Virus record (IMG/VR): IMGVR_UViG_3300045135_002262
Span: 14,783-78,782 of that record
Strand: one strand, 5' to 3'
Length of the DNA stretch: 64,000 bases
Source of the DNA: a virus
Every line of letters begins with the position of its first letter. Position 1 is the first letter of the stretch. A program made the position numbers and the translations under genes. Below are positions 54,364 to 63,008 of this stretch, in pieces. The notes beneath the pieces are model-generated. The model was not told the origin of the DNA. It worked only from the letters and a program-made list of their open reading frames with translations, and ran no database searches.

Positions 54364-54789
54364 TTAATATACCTTCATTGATTTCTCGATCTGTTGCAAT
54401 GTTTGGTGTAAATCTTCTTTGGCGAATTTCTGCAACTCCTTAAACTCACGCATCCCTATTTCATTCTTCTCAATAAAGAATTTAATAGCTTCGTCACTTG
54501 GTATATATTTTTCTTTAATTGTGTTAGCCTTCGACTTCTTAGTTTTAGTATAAATCCAGCCAGGCACTGCCTTAAATCTTGCAGCAACCATTGACCAACC
54601 GTCAACAACTGCGGCTGGATTAATACCATTAATATTTAAAGCATTTGCGTTTGTAGGAAACTTAATAGCAAAAAAGCGGTTAATCATAAATTGATGGCGC
54701 TTCTTGTTATGTTGCTTTATATTTTTATATAGTGATTGCTTCGTGAATAGGATCTTCACAAAGTCAAACAGTTTAGTCTCGTCTAACAT
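54364..54789 (-). CDS. putative clamp loader small subunit (gp62-like)
   Basis: LFDF..., FMINRFF, W..K; near gp44-like gene. Confidence 0.5.
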   Translation of the reverse strand: MLDETKLFDFVKILFTKQSLYKNIKQHNKKRHQFMINRFFAIKFPTNANALNINGINPAAVVDGWSMVAARFKAVPGWIYTKTKKSKANTIKEKYIPSDEAIKFFIEKNEIGMREFKELQKFAKEDLHQTLQQIEKSMKVY

Positions 54790-56018
54790 TAAAATAATCC
54801 TTTAGTATTTGTAACCTCTTTCTTAGTGTTTGTTTCAGGCACTTCTAAACCTGCAAATGGATCATAGCCACCTGGCGCTGAAGTTGTGCCTTTTTCTTTT
54901 ACCCATTTAGTGTTTTCTAAGATAGATTCCATCTTATTAAGCACTGTAAGTTCTGGTAAGGTTACAAAATCTGTTTCTACATTCTTGTAGATATCCTTTT
55001 GAATAGGATCTGGAATTGTGTTAAAGTGTAATAGCATTAGATCTAAGTTTTGATTAAATCTAACTCGAATATCTGTGTGGTTAGATTTACCAACAACTCT
55101 ATAAATAATATCTACGATTTTATCAACACAATCTTTATTAAAGAATAAATCAATTGTGAAATTACCCTCTTCTTTTTTAAATTGATCTAAGATTTTATTA
55201 GCTTGGCGTTCTGTAATAGAATAGTTAATAGTCTTGCCTGATTTAGTTGATTTAGACCATGTAACTACAGATGCAATATTATCTGACTTATCACCTTGTA
55301 AGATCTTAGTAAAGATAAAGTCATCACAGTTTACTTCTTGCACGTTAACTTTATTCTTATCAATCCATACACGTAATTCCTTCTTAGATAGGCCTGACGC
55401 GCTTAAACCTGCTGACATATCGAACAATAAATCTTCATTAGAATAATCGTCTTGTGTGTCCTCAGTTAAGATATCACTAAAGCCTTCGAACGCTAGGAGT
55501 GTTCTTTTAGAATTGTAATACCATAATGTATATGCATCGGTTGCATTGTTATAGTTTACAAGTTGAATTAAGTCACGGTCGCCAGTCCATACAATACAGT
55601 TACGCCCTTCATTATTAAGTTGAGTTGACCAACCAAATAAAACATCATCGGCTTCTGCGCCATTAATTTGGTGAATAACCACACCGCGCTTAGCTAGAAT
55701 ATCTTGAAATTCTTTATACACATCAAATACTGCAGACCAATCTACTGAATCATCATGTGTTCTTGTACCTTTATATTCTGCTTCTGGAAAAAGATCTTTA
55801 CGCCATGATTTAGCATCAACTGCTACAACAATCTGATCAATGAAAGGTCGCATCTTACGAACTTCTGATGCAAAGTCAATACATAGTTTACGCATTAACT
55901 GTGCTTGGCTGTCAAAGTTTTCTAAGAGCTTTTGGCCCTTTTTACGTGGTAAGACGAAAAGTCTACTGTGTAGAAAGTAGTTTCCGTCTATTAGTAAAGT
56001 ATGTTTACCTAATTTCAT
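54789..56018 (-). CDS. RNase H / 5'-3' exonuclease (T4 Rnh/FEN family)
   Basis: LLIDGN, WRK..FP.YKG.R, EADD, TGDRDL.QL, GDKSDNI. Confidence 0.9.
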   Translation of the reverse strand: MKLGKHTLLIDGNYFLHSRLFVLPRKKGQKLLENFDSQAQLMRKLCIDFASEVRKMRPFIDQIVVAVDAKSWRKDLFPEAEYKGTRTHDDSVDWSAVFDVYKEFQDILAKRGVVIHQINGAEADDVLFGWSTQLNNEGRNCIVWTGDRDLIQLVNYNNATDAYTLWYYNSKRTLLAFEGFSDILTEDTQDDYSNEDLLFDMSAGLSASGLSKKELRVWIDKNKVNVQEVNCDDFIFTKILQGDKSDNIASVVTWSKSTKSGKTINYSITERQANKILDQFKKEEGNFTIDLFFNKDCVDKIVDIIYRVVGKSNHTDIRVRFNQNLDLMLLHFNTIPDPIQKDIYKNVETDFVTLPELTVLNKMESILENTKWVKEKGTTSAPGGYDPFAGLEVPETNTKKEVTNTKGLF

Positions 56019-56020
56019 AA

Positions 56021-56158
56021 TTAACCTTTCATTAAGTTACCGCAATCTTTGCACCATGTTACACCAAATGAATTTGTAATTGGTGTATGTTTGCCTTTCT
56101 TGCATCTATTTTTTATTCGTAACGCCTTTCGTTCTCTTAGTGTAAGCTCTGGTTTCAT
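56021..56158 (-). CDS. small zinc-finger protein (45 aa)
   Basis: Manual translation ...RCKKGKH...WCKDCG; follows class I promoter 56177-56208. Confidence 0.55.
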   Translation of the reverse strand: MKPELTLRERKALRIKNRCKKGKHTPITNSFGVTWCKDCGNLMKG

Positions 56159-56176
56159 ATCTTTGATCTTTATATT

Positions 56177-56208
56177 CAAATATACAAAATTCCAGTGACA
56201 TAAAAAAA
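56177..56208 (-). promoter_or_regulatory. class I promoter
   Basis: TTTTTTTATGTCACTGGAATTTTGTATATTTG. Confidence 0.78.
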
Positions 56209-57159
56209 TTATTGGCGCACTATTTCTTGTAATTTATACACACAGCTCAACATTGTAATGACTTGATCAATTACTAATGTTCTTTGAGCTTGGTGTTCAG
56301 CCACAGTAACTGCAATCTGTGGAATAAACTTTGTTGCATTAGGTTGTTCCGATTGAATATAATCAAAAAACTCTTCACCTAATGTTTGTAAAACATCATC
56401 AACTCTGTTAGAATATTCACTAACAAGGTATTGATAATTCTTTACAGGATCGGTTTCTTTAAAGATTAACTCAAAGATATCTTTGTACACTGAGTTAAAC
56501 TTCTTAACGTCATTTACTGTAATATTTGTAGTGCCCTGTGACTTATAACCTTGCAGTTTATTCAATGTGCTACGAAGGTCTGGGAAGTTACGACGCACAA
56601 ATTCAACCAATGCTGGTTTTTCGATTGTCATTTCTTCTTTACCACAAATATCATATACTCGGCGAATATATTTCTTAGTCAATTCAGCCTCTTCTTCTTT
56701 ATCAAAATCAAAATTAATTACTTCAAATCTTGATAGGATTGGATCTGGTAGTTTGTTAATGTAATTACATGTTGCAATAAAACGAGAATTAGATGCAAAC
56801 TGTTCCATTGTAGCACGAAGTGCTTTAAAGAATTGATCAGATACACCATCAACCTCATCTAAAATAACCACTTTAAATTTAGAGCGATCATCCATAATCG
56901 ACATAGTCGAACAAAAGTCTGTAATTCTGGTTCTAATCACATCAACCGAAGTATCAGTAGAAGCATTAATATACAGATAAGGCAAATCAAACTGCTGCAC
57001 AATCGCTTTAGCAGTTGAAGTTTTACCAGTTCCAGGTGAACCGGCAAATAACATATTTTGTGTCAATCCATCTTTGAATTTTGACATTACTCGATCTGGT
57101 AAGATCAAATCACCTAAGTTCTTAGGTCTGTATTTCTCTGTAAAGAGTGCTTGAATCAT
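56209..57159 (-). CDS. clamp loader AAA+ subunit (gp44/RFC-like)
   Basis: EKYRP, GSPGTGKT, ILDEVD, FIATCN, SRF, FPDLR. Confidence 0.93.
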   Translation of the reverse strand: MIQALFTEKYRPKNLGDLILPDRVMSKFKDGLTQNMLFAGSPGTGKTSTAKAIVQQFDLPYLYINASTDTSVDVIRTRITDFCSTMSIMDDRSKFKVVILDEVDGVSDQFFKALRATMEQFASNSRFIATCNYINKLPDPILSRFEVINFDFDKEEEAELTKKYIRRVYDICGKEEMTIEKPALVEFVRRNFPDLRSTLNKLQGYKSQGTTNITVNDVKKFNSVYKDIFELIFKETDPVKNYQYLVSEYSNRVDDVLQTLGEEFFDYIQSEQPNATKFIPQIAVTVAEHQAQRTLVIDQVITMLSCVYKLQEIVRQ

Positions 57160-57218
57160 AGTCTAAACGTTTGATAGTTATATCCTGATAGCGGCATATT
57201 GTTTCAGATAAATATTAT

Positions 57219-57725
57219 ATGGCATATAACAAGAAGTATCCAGATATTAGAAGAACTGGCGGACCATATCCAAGAAATAGATATGGAGTCCGTTATGATT
57301 CTATTTCTAAACAACAAAGAAGACTTCTTTTAGAACATCCTATATTAAAAGATAGGGCACAAGACGATCAATTTCTACAAATTATATTTGAACTGTGCAG
57401 GCCGAGAAATGCAACACATGATTATAAATTCTATTATGATTGGTCCACAGATGAGTTTGTACGTATCGATGAACTAAAAGATAGTTATGATACTTTAGAC
57501 TGGGTTTGTGCGTTCAGTGGTAGACCTATTAAGTCTAAGATCAATGACTTCTCACAAGAAAACTTTGTACATGAAGAGTACCATGAAGATCTTAATCAAA
57601 AAATGGTAGACGCAAGGATTGTTAAATCATCAATTGAGTTTCGTAAGAAAGCTAAAAAAGTCCTCCTGAAACAACAGAAGGACTTTCTTAAGATGGCTCG
57701 TAAAAATTCAGAATCTGAATTATAA
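57219..57725 (+). CDS. hypothetical protein
   Basis: Plus-strand ORF with GATAAATA upstream at 57207-57214. Confidence 0.7.
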   Translation: MAYNKKYPDIRRTGGPYPRNRYGVRYDSISKQQRRLLLEHPILKDRAQDDQFLQIIFELCRPRNATHDYKFYYDWSTDEFVRIDELKDSYDTLDWVCAFSGRPIKSKINDFSQENFVHEEYHEDLNQKMVDARIVKSSIEFRKKAKKVLLKQQKDFLKMARKNSESEL

Positions 57726-58586
57726 TAGATTTCTGAATCTATCTTTTACAGAAACGTGTAACCTTTCATTTAATTGGTTATCGTTCTCTGCCTTTTTAAT
57801 AATTGTATCGTATTTTGTTCTTAAAGCTGTACCTTCAGCAATCTGCCAATCTAATTTAGTAGCGATTTCTTCAGCTAATTCATTTAAACCAGCTTCAGAC
57901 GCTCTAGTAATTAATTCTTTTTTAGCTTCATTTTTTTTAGCTACAGCAGCCTTTTCTTCTTTAGAAGGTTCTAAATCTTTGATTGCAGCCTCTTCATCTT
58001 TAAGTCTTTTATTAAGTTTTTGCATTTGAGCTTTAACATCTTCTTTGTTGCCTTCGCCCATACCTGTTTTTAAAACTTCAATCTGACCTTTAATCTTTTC
58101 AGAGTGTTGTGCTTTTTGAACAATTTCACCCTTATCTTTCATTTTATCATCAACAAGAGTCTGTAAATCTTTAGCCTGTGCTTTAAGAGTTTGTACCTTT
58201 GAATCAATTGCTTTAGCTTTATCGCCTTCTGCTTTTTGTGAAGCCGCTTCTAAACCTGCAATTTTTAATTTAAGACCGTTAACTTTCTTTTGTGCTTTTC
58301 TTGCTTTAGGAGCTCTAACCATAAAGTCAATTGCTTTTTTAGCAACTGAGTCGCCAGCTTCATTAACTAACTCTGCATCTAAGCTTTCTAATTCTTCTTT
58401 TAATTCACCTGCAAGTGTTTCTAAAGAAGTCATAATAGTATCGATATCATGCATCATTGCATCTCTATCACCGTGCTCTGTAGAAACTTCAGCAGCTGGA
58501 GCTTCTGTTGCAGCATCTTTAATTGTTGGTTCTTGTGCTAAATCTTCGTTCATTTTAGCGAACCATTGTTCAAATTGATTAGTCAT
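57720..58586 (-). CDS. putative virion/head-associated coiled-coil protein
   Basis: Start MTNQFEQWFAKMNE after GATATATA (58617-58624); highly biased codons. Confidence 0.65.
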   Translation of the reverse strand: MTNQFEQWFAKMNEDLAQEPTIKDAATEAPAAEVSTEHGDRDAMMHDIDTIMTSLETLAGELKEELESLDAELVNEAGDSVAKKAIDFMVRAPKARKAQKKVNGLKLKIAGLEAASQKAEGDKAKAIDSKVQTLKAQAKDLQTLVDDKMKDKGEIVQKAQHSEKIKGQIEVLKTGMGEGNKEDVKAQMQKLNKRLKDEEAAIKDLEPSKEEKAAVAKKNEAKKELITRASEAGLNELAEEIATKLDWQIAEGTALRTKYDTIIKKAENDNQLNERLHVSVKDRFRNLL

Positions 58587-58633
58587 ATCTAATATATTTA
58601 ATTTATTATTATATTCTATATATCTATGAAAAT

Positions 58634-58664
58634 AAAAAAGGGAGACCTTTCGATCTCCCTCTTT
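58634..58664 (-). terminator. intrinsic terminator after major capsid gene
   Basis: AGGGAGATC-GAAA-GGTCTCCCT plus T-run on minus strand. Confidence 0.8.
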
Positions 58665-58696
58665 AATATGTAATCTCAATGATTAACTAAATCAAA

Positions 58697-60112
58697 TTAT
58701 GATAAAGTGATTAAGTTAGACCATGCCGCAACTTCAGCACCTTCAACAGTTACTAAAGGAGCAGCGATTGAGAATGTTACGTATTGAGTTTCTGGGTGGA
58801 AACCAGCTTCAACTAACGCGAATCTAGACTTAACAGCTACTTTAGGAGCCATTGTGCCTTCTGCGATAGTTTGTACAGATTCAGCCATTAAGTAAGGCAT
58901 GAATACTAAACCTGGACCGTTACCGTCACCTTTTCTACCTACAGCTACAGAGTAATCACCCCATCCCATTGTTGGATCAGTGTAAACATTGATACCAGCA
59001 ACTGAACCTAATGGGTAGATTGCACCAGCAGCTTGAGAGAATGTGTTAGCCATTGGGTTAGCTACGAAACCAGAAACTGATTGTAATACAGTAGCAACTT
59101 GTGGACCTACAACTGCGAAGTTACCAGCACCTCTTCTACCTCTGTTAGCGATTAAGTTAGCAGCAGCTAATACCTGAGTTAACACTTTTCTGTGCTCAGA
59201 AGCAACTGTTTCACCACCAGCTAATGCAGATGCAGCAGCTAAAGTAATATCAAAATCTTCAGCAGCACCGAAAGTATCTTCTACGTTATCAGTACCTAAA
59301 GATCTGATAGAACCTAAGATGTGTTGGTTGATTGATTGAGTTAATTCGTTAGTTAATACTGACTCAACTTGAGCTACAGCGTCAACACCGAATTGCTTAA
59401 GATCTTGAACTTGCTCTCTTGTTACAGCAGCAGCGATTTGGTAAGTCTTAGCCTCTACTGCTTTAGAGAATAATGAAAGACCCATTACTTTATCAGCAGT
59501 TCTTTCACCCTTTTCTCTTGAGTATGGAGAACCATCAGCGTTACCTGAAGCACCAGCTACGTGATCTTCTAATGCTTTAACTAATTCAGCACCAGCGTAT
59601 CTGTCAGCGATGTTATCTTCACCAACAGCTAAAGCATCAACAACTTGGATGATGTTTTTACCGTCGATTCTTGAAGTACCTACTAATACGTCATTACCAG
59701 CTTTAGCAGCAGTAGTTTTGATGTAAGTTGGAGTAACTTCGTTATCTAATCTACCACCTTCGTAAGTGAAGTCTAAGTAAGATAATAAGCCCATAGGACC
59801 TGCCATAGGAACAACAGGAACTAAGTCTAAACCTACAGTTTGAGCAGCAACTTGCATTGCTAATGGTAATAATGAAGGAGCTTTATCGCCTGAACCTTCA
59901 GCACCACCTACTACAGGTAATTTAGTTTTACCCATACCAGCTAAGTTCATAGTTGGGTCTAAAGACATAATGTTTGCGTCTTCGTATAACTTGTGATTGT
60001 GGCAGTACTGCGACATCCAAGCTAATTTGTTAGCGTCATTGATACCAGTAGCAGACTCGATGATTGGAGTCCATGTTGCTCTGATTTCTGACTCATTGAT
60101 TAAATTTGCCAT
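58697..60112 (-). CDS. major capsid protein (gp23-like)
   Basis: DLVPVVPMAGP.G, T.EQ.QDLK, L.NE....IN, RRG.GNF.V, G.....G..F.PY, P....KSRF. Confidence 0.93.
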   Translation of the reverse strand: MANLINESEIRATWTPIIESATGINDANKLAWMSQYCHNHKLYEDANIMSLDPTMNLAGMGKTKLPVVGGAEGSGDKAPSLLPLAMQVAAQTVGLDLVPVVPMAGPMGLLSYLDFTYEGGRLDNEVTPTYIKTTAAKAGNDVLVGTSRIDGKNIIQVVDALAVGEDNIADRYAGAELVKALEDHVAGASGNADGSPYSREKGERTADKVMGLSLFSKAVEAKTYQIAAAVTREQVQDLKQFGVDAVAQVESVLTNELTQSINQHILGSIRSLGTDNVEDTFGAAEDFDITLAAASALAGGETVASEHRKVLTQVLAAANLIANRGRRGAGNFAVVGPQVATVLQSVSGFVANPMANTFSQAAGAIYPLGSVAGINVYTDPTMGWGDYSVAVGRKGDGNGPGLVFMPYLMAESVQTIAEGTMAPKVAVKSRFALVEAGFHPETQYVTFSIAAPLVTVEGAEVAAWSNLITLS

Positions 60113-60266
60113 TTTATTTTAAATTATTTTTTTTAATGGTTTTTATTTGTCTCGATTGTCTTTCAGTTTTTTGCTTCTTAACTGATAATCGATTATGTTC
60201 TTATTATATATCTTTATTACTTTACTAAAAAACTAAAAAAATGGTTTTTTTAATTTTTTGTAAAAA

Positions 60267-60295
60267 AATAGGAAGGTCACATAGACCCTCCTATT
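60267..60295 (-). terminator. intrinsic terminator after protease/scaffold gene
   Basis: AATAGGAGGGTC...GACCTTCCTATT plus T-run. Confidence 0.75.
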
Positions 60296-60316
60296 ATTTA
60301 TATGTAATTAATTAAA

Positions 60317-62338
60317 TTACTTTTTGAATCTTTTAGCGATTTGAGCAGCAATATCAGTTGTATCGTAACCTAAAGATTTTGTTTCTTCTTTAGATTCTTT
60401 TACCATAGCAACTTTTTCCATTACTGGAGCTGTTTCTCTTAAATCTCTAGTTTGCCAGAAGTTTGCAACTTGATATGCAGTTTCTAATCTGTGGAATTTA
60501 GATTGTGCTAGGATTTGGTTTTTCTTAGCTTCAGATAAACCAGACCATGCTTCTCTGTATTCAGCAGGCATCATTGAAATTACGTTTGGCTCACCTGCAA
60601 CTGGTGCATCTGTGATTAAAGCGTTTTTCCATAAACCTAAGATCTGACCTTCAGTTAAGTAACCTCTGCCTTCAACTGCTGATAATACTTTAGATTGCTC
60701 TTCTGTTGATAATTCGTTGTATTCGTTTTGAGTTGATTCAGATACGAACTTGAAGAAGTGTGGGTTATTGTTAGCTTTTTCAGTAGCTTTGTTAATTAAC
60801 GCCTGTAACTTCTCAGTGATTTCGTTCTTGTAAGATTCCATTGCATCTTCTTCAGCTTCTTCTGATTCCTCAGCTTCTTCTGATTCTTCTGATTCCTCAG
60901 CTTCTTCTGATTCTTCTGATTCCTCAGCTTCTTCTGATTCTTCTGATTCCTCAGCTTCTTCAGCTTCAGCTTCTTCAGAAACCTCTTCGCCTTCAGCATC
61001 ACCTTCACCTTCTAATTCAAGATCTTTTTCAACATCTTTAACTTCACCGCCATGCTCTAATTCAGAACCGTCAGCGTCTACAGTTGGTTCAGTAACGTCT
61101 GTTGCATCGTTTTCGTCTTCGATTTCTTCAACGTCTTTACCAGCTTCTTCAGTGATTTCTTCGCCTTCAGCGTCGCCTTCACCTTCTAAGTCTAAATCAC
61201 CTTCAACATCTTTTGGTTCTTCGTCAACTTTTTCGCCGTCGAATTCTTTATCTGTTGAAACGTCTTTAGTTTCGTCTTCTAACTCTTCTGCAGGTAAACC
61301 AGCTTCTTCACCTTCTTCTTCAACGATTAGGTTAGTGTTAACTGTTTCAGCAACGTATTCAGCGTACTCAGTAACTTTCTCTAAGTTTTCTTTTAAGTAG
61401 TCTACATACTTTAACATGTTTTCATGTGTTGTAGCGCCTTCATTGTAAGCTTCTGCTAAGTAGTTAGTGTATTCTTTAATTTGGTTTACACCTTCTGCAA
61501 TGTGTTCAGTATAAGAAATAGATTCGTCAACTTTCTCAGCAACGTGCTCTGAGTAAGAAATAGACTGATCTAATTTCTCAGCTAAATACGATGCATACTC
61601 TTTTAAGTTTTCAATTTCTGGAGTATTATCGACAGTGTTATTCGCAGAGTCTAAACCTTCTTTTAAAGTTTTAATTTCTTCTGCAAGGTACTGAGAATAC
61701 TTGTTGAAATCTTCAACTGTAATAAATTTTGATTCAGCCATTGTGTTTTGTTTTTTATTTTCAGTATCAATAGTTTCTGTAATTGTATCTACAGTGCCCT
61801 CAATTTCGTAAATTTGAATAGAGTCATCGTTTTCAAAACCAAATGATTCATTAACTCTTTTTAATTCTGCATTTTCGAAACCTGGATCTGCAACTAAGTC
61901 ATAAGTAAATAATTGTTTAATCTTTACTTGTCCGTTTGACTCAACTGCACCTGCAGCTCTTGATGAAATTTGTAATGGTACACCAGCGTCAACTAAAGCT
62001 TTAGCTTGGCGACCAGCATCTGTATCTAAAAGTCTAATACGACCTTTAATTTGTTTGTTGTCCGCATCATAAGAAATCTCTTCGATAATGTGTGATACGT
62101 TCTTTAACGAAACATCAAAGTTTTGTGGGTGATCTAATTCACCTAATAACTTAGATGCTGCGATTTTACCTTGAAGGGCTTCAATCTGTGGTAAGTACTC
62201 CTCAGCAGTGTAAATACGGTTGTTTCTGTTCTTTTTGTCTAACTCACCGAATACACCTTCTAGAACATACTTTCCGTCTTCCGACTTAAAAGATAGTTCT
62301 TGTGAAGACCTTTCTAAAATCAATAAATTTTTGCTCAT
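60317..62338 (-). CDS. prohead protease (gp21-like) fused to scaffold/core (gp22-like)
   Basis: NRNNRIY, GELDHP, VSH, ISSR..G, TYDLVADP; followed by coiled-coil and acidic scaffold region. Confidence 0.9.
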   Translation of the reverse strand: MSKNLLILERSSQELSFKSEDGKYVLEGVFGELDKKNRNNRIYTAEEYLPQIEALQGKIAASKLLGELDHPQNFDVSLKNVSHIIEEISYDADNKQIKGRIRLLDTDAGRQAKALVDAGVPLQISSRAAGAVESNGQVKIKQLFTYDLVADPGFENAELKRVNESFGFENDDSIQIYEIEGTVDTITETIDTENKKQNTMAESKFITVEDFNKYSQYLAEEIKTLKEGLDSANNTVDNTPEIENLKEYASYLAEKLDQSISYSEHVAEKVDESISYTEHIAEGVNQIKEYTNYLAEAYNEGATTHENMLKYVDYLKENLEKVTEYAEYVAETVNTNLIVEEEGEEAGLPAEELEDETKDVSTDKEFDGEKVDEEPKDVEGDLDLEGEGDAEGEEITEEAGKDVEEIEDENDATDVTEPTVDADGSELEHGGEVKDVEKDLELEGEGDAEGEEVSEEAEAEEAEESEESEEAEESEESEEAEESEESEEAEESEEAEEDAMESYKNEITEKLQALINKATEKANNNPHFFKFVSESTQNEYNELSTEEQSKVLSAVEGRGYLTEGQILGLWKNALITDAPVAGEPNVISMMPAEYREAWSGLSEAKKNQILAQSKFHRLETAYQVANFWQTRDLRETAPVMEKVAMVKESKEETKSLGYDTTDIAAQIAKRFKK
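60852..60960. repeat. 27-bp in-frame tandem repeat (EESEESEEA)
   Basis: tcagcttcttctgattcttctgattcc x3 plus partial units. Confidence 0.9.
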
Positions 62339-62399
62339 ACTATAGTATTAATATATTTATAAAGTATATATCAGGTTAAAAAATAAGTTTTTTAAAAAA

Positions 62400-62993
62400 T
62401 TAAATGTCTGCTACGATGTCATCAGCCGATTCAGCATCACCGCCTTCCTCTTCTTTTTCCTTTTCTTCCTCTTCAGTTTCTTCGGCTTTAATTTCTTCTA
62501 AGTATTCATTAAAGTAAGTAACTAATTTTGACATATCTGCTTCTGTAAATGCATCAATACCATATTGATCATAAAAGAAGTCTTTAAATTCATCTTCTGA
62601 TTCATGTGAAACCATAGCACCTACAATTTCACTTGACTTAATCTCTAAACCGTTTTCAGTTGTGTAATCATCTACAGTAACTTTAGAATCTTTAGGTGTG
62701 ATTGCTTTTTCTTCAACAGCCTCATTTGTTCTGTCTTCCCATGCAATCATAAAGTCTTCACCATCCATTTTAAAATGTGCAACAATATCTGCAATATGAT
62801 CGTTTGCTGCTGGATCTGAATCACCTAATTTTTCGCCTGTAACTGCTTCATAGTTGTTATAAATAAAGTCAGCTAAAGATTGTTCACTTGGAGTTGAGCC
62901 ATATTCTTTTTTAAGTTCCTTTAAGAAGCCTCTTAAAGTTCTCATATTATTAGCCTCGCTAATAAACTCCTCGTATAATTTAATTCTTTTCAT
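62400..62993 (-). CDS. acidic putative internal head protein
   Basis: Between portal and protease; N-terminus MKRIKLYEEFISE. Confidence 0.6.
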   Translation of the reverse strand: MKRIKLYEEFISEANNMRTLRGFLKELKKEYGSTPSEQSLADFIYNNYEAVTGEKLGDSDPAANDHIADIVAHFKMDGEDFMIAWEDRTNEAVEEKAITPKDSKVTVDDYTTENGLEIKSSEIVGAMVSHESEDEFKDFFYDQYGIDAFTEADMSKLVTYFNEYLEEIKAEETEEEEKEKEEEGGDAESADDIVADI

Positions 62994-63008
62994 TGTTATA
63001 AATTATTT

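Noticed and set aside
15401-56208. Recurrent ~32-bp sequence as a possible CRISPR repeat or mobile-element end
   Set aside because: Copies are dispersed, degenerate, single and always upstream of genes; they behave as promoters. No CRISPR array was seen in the window.
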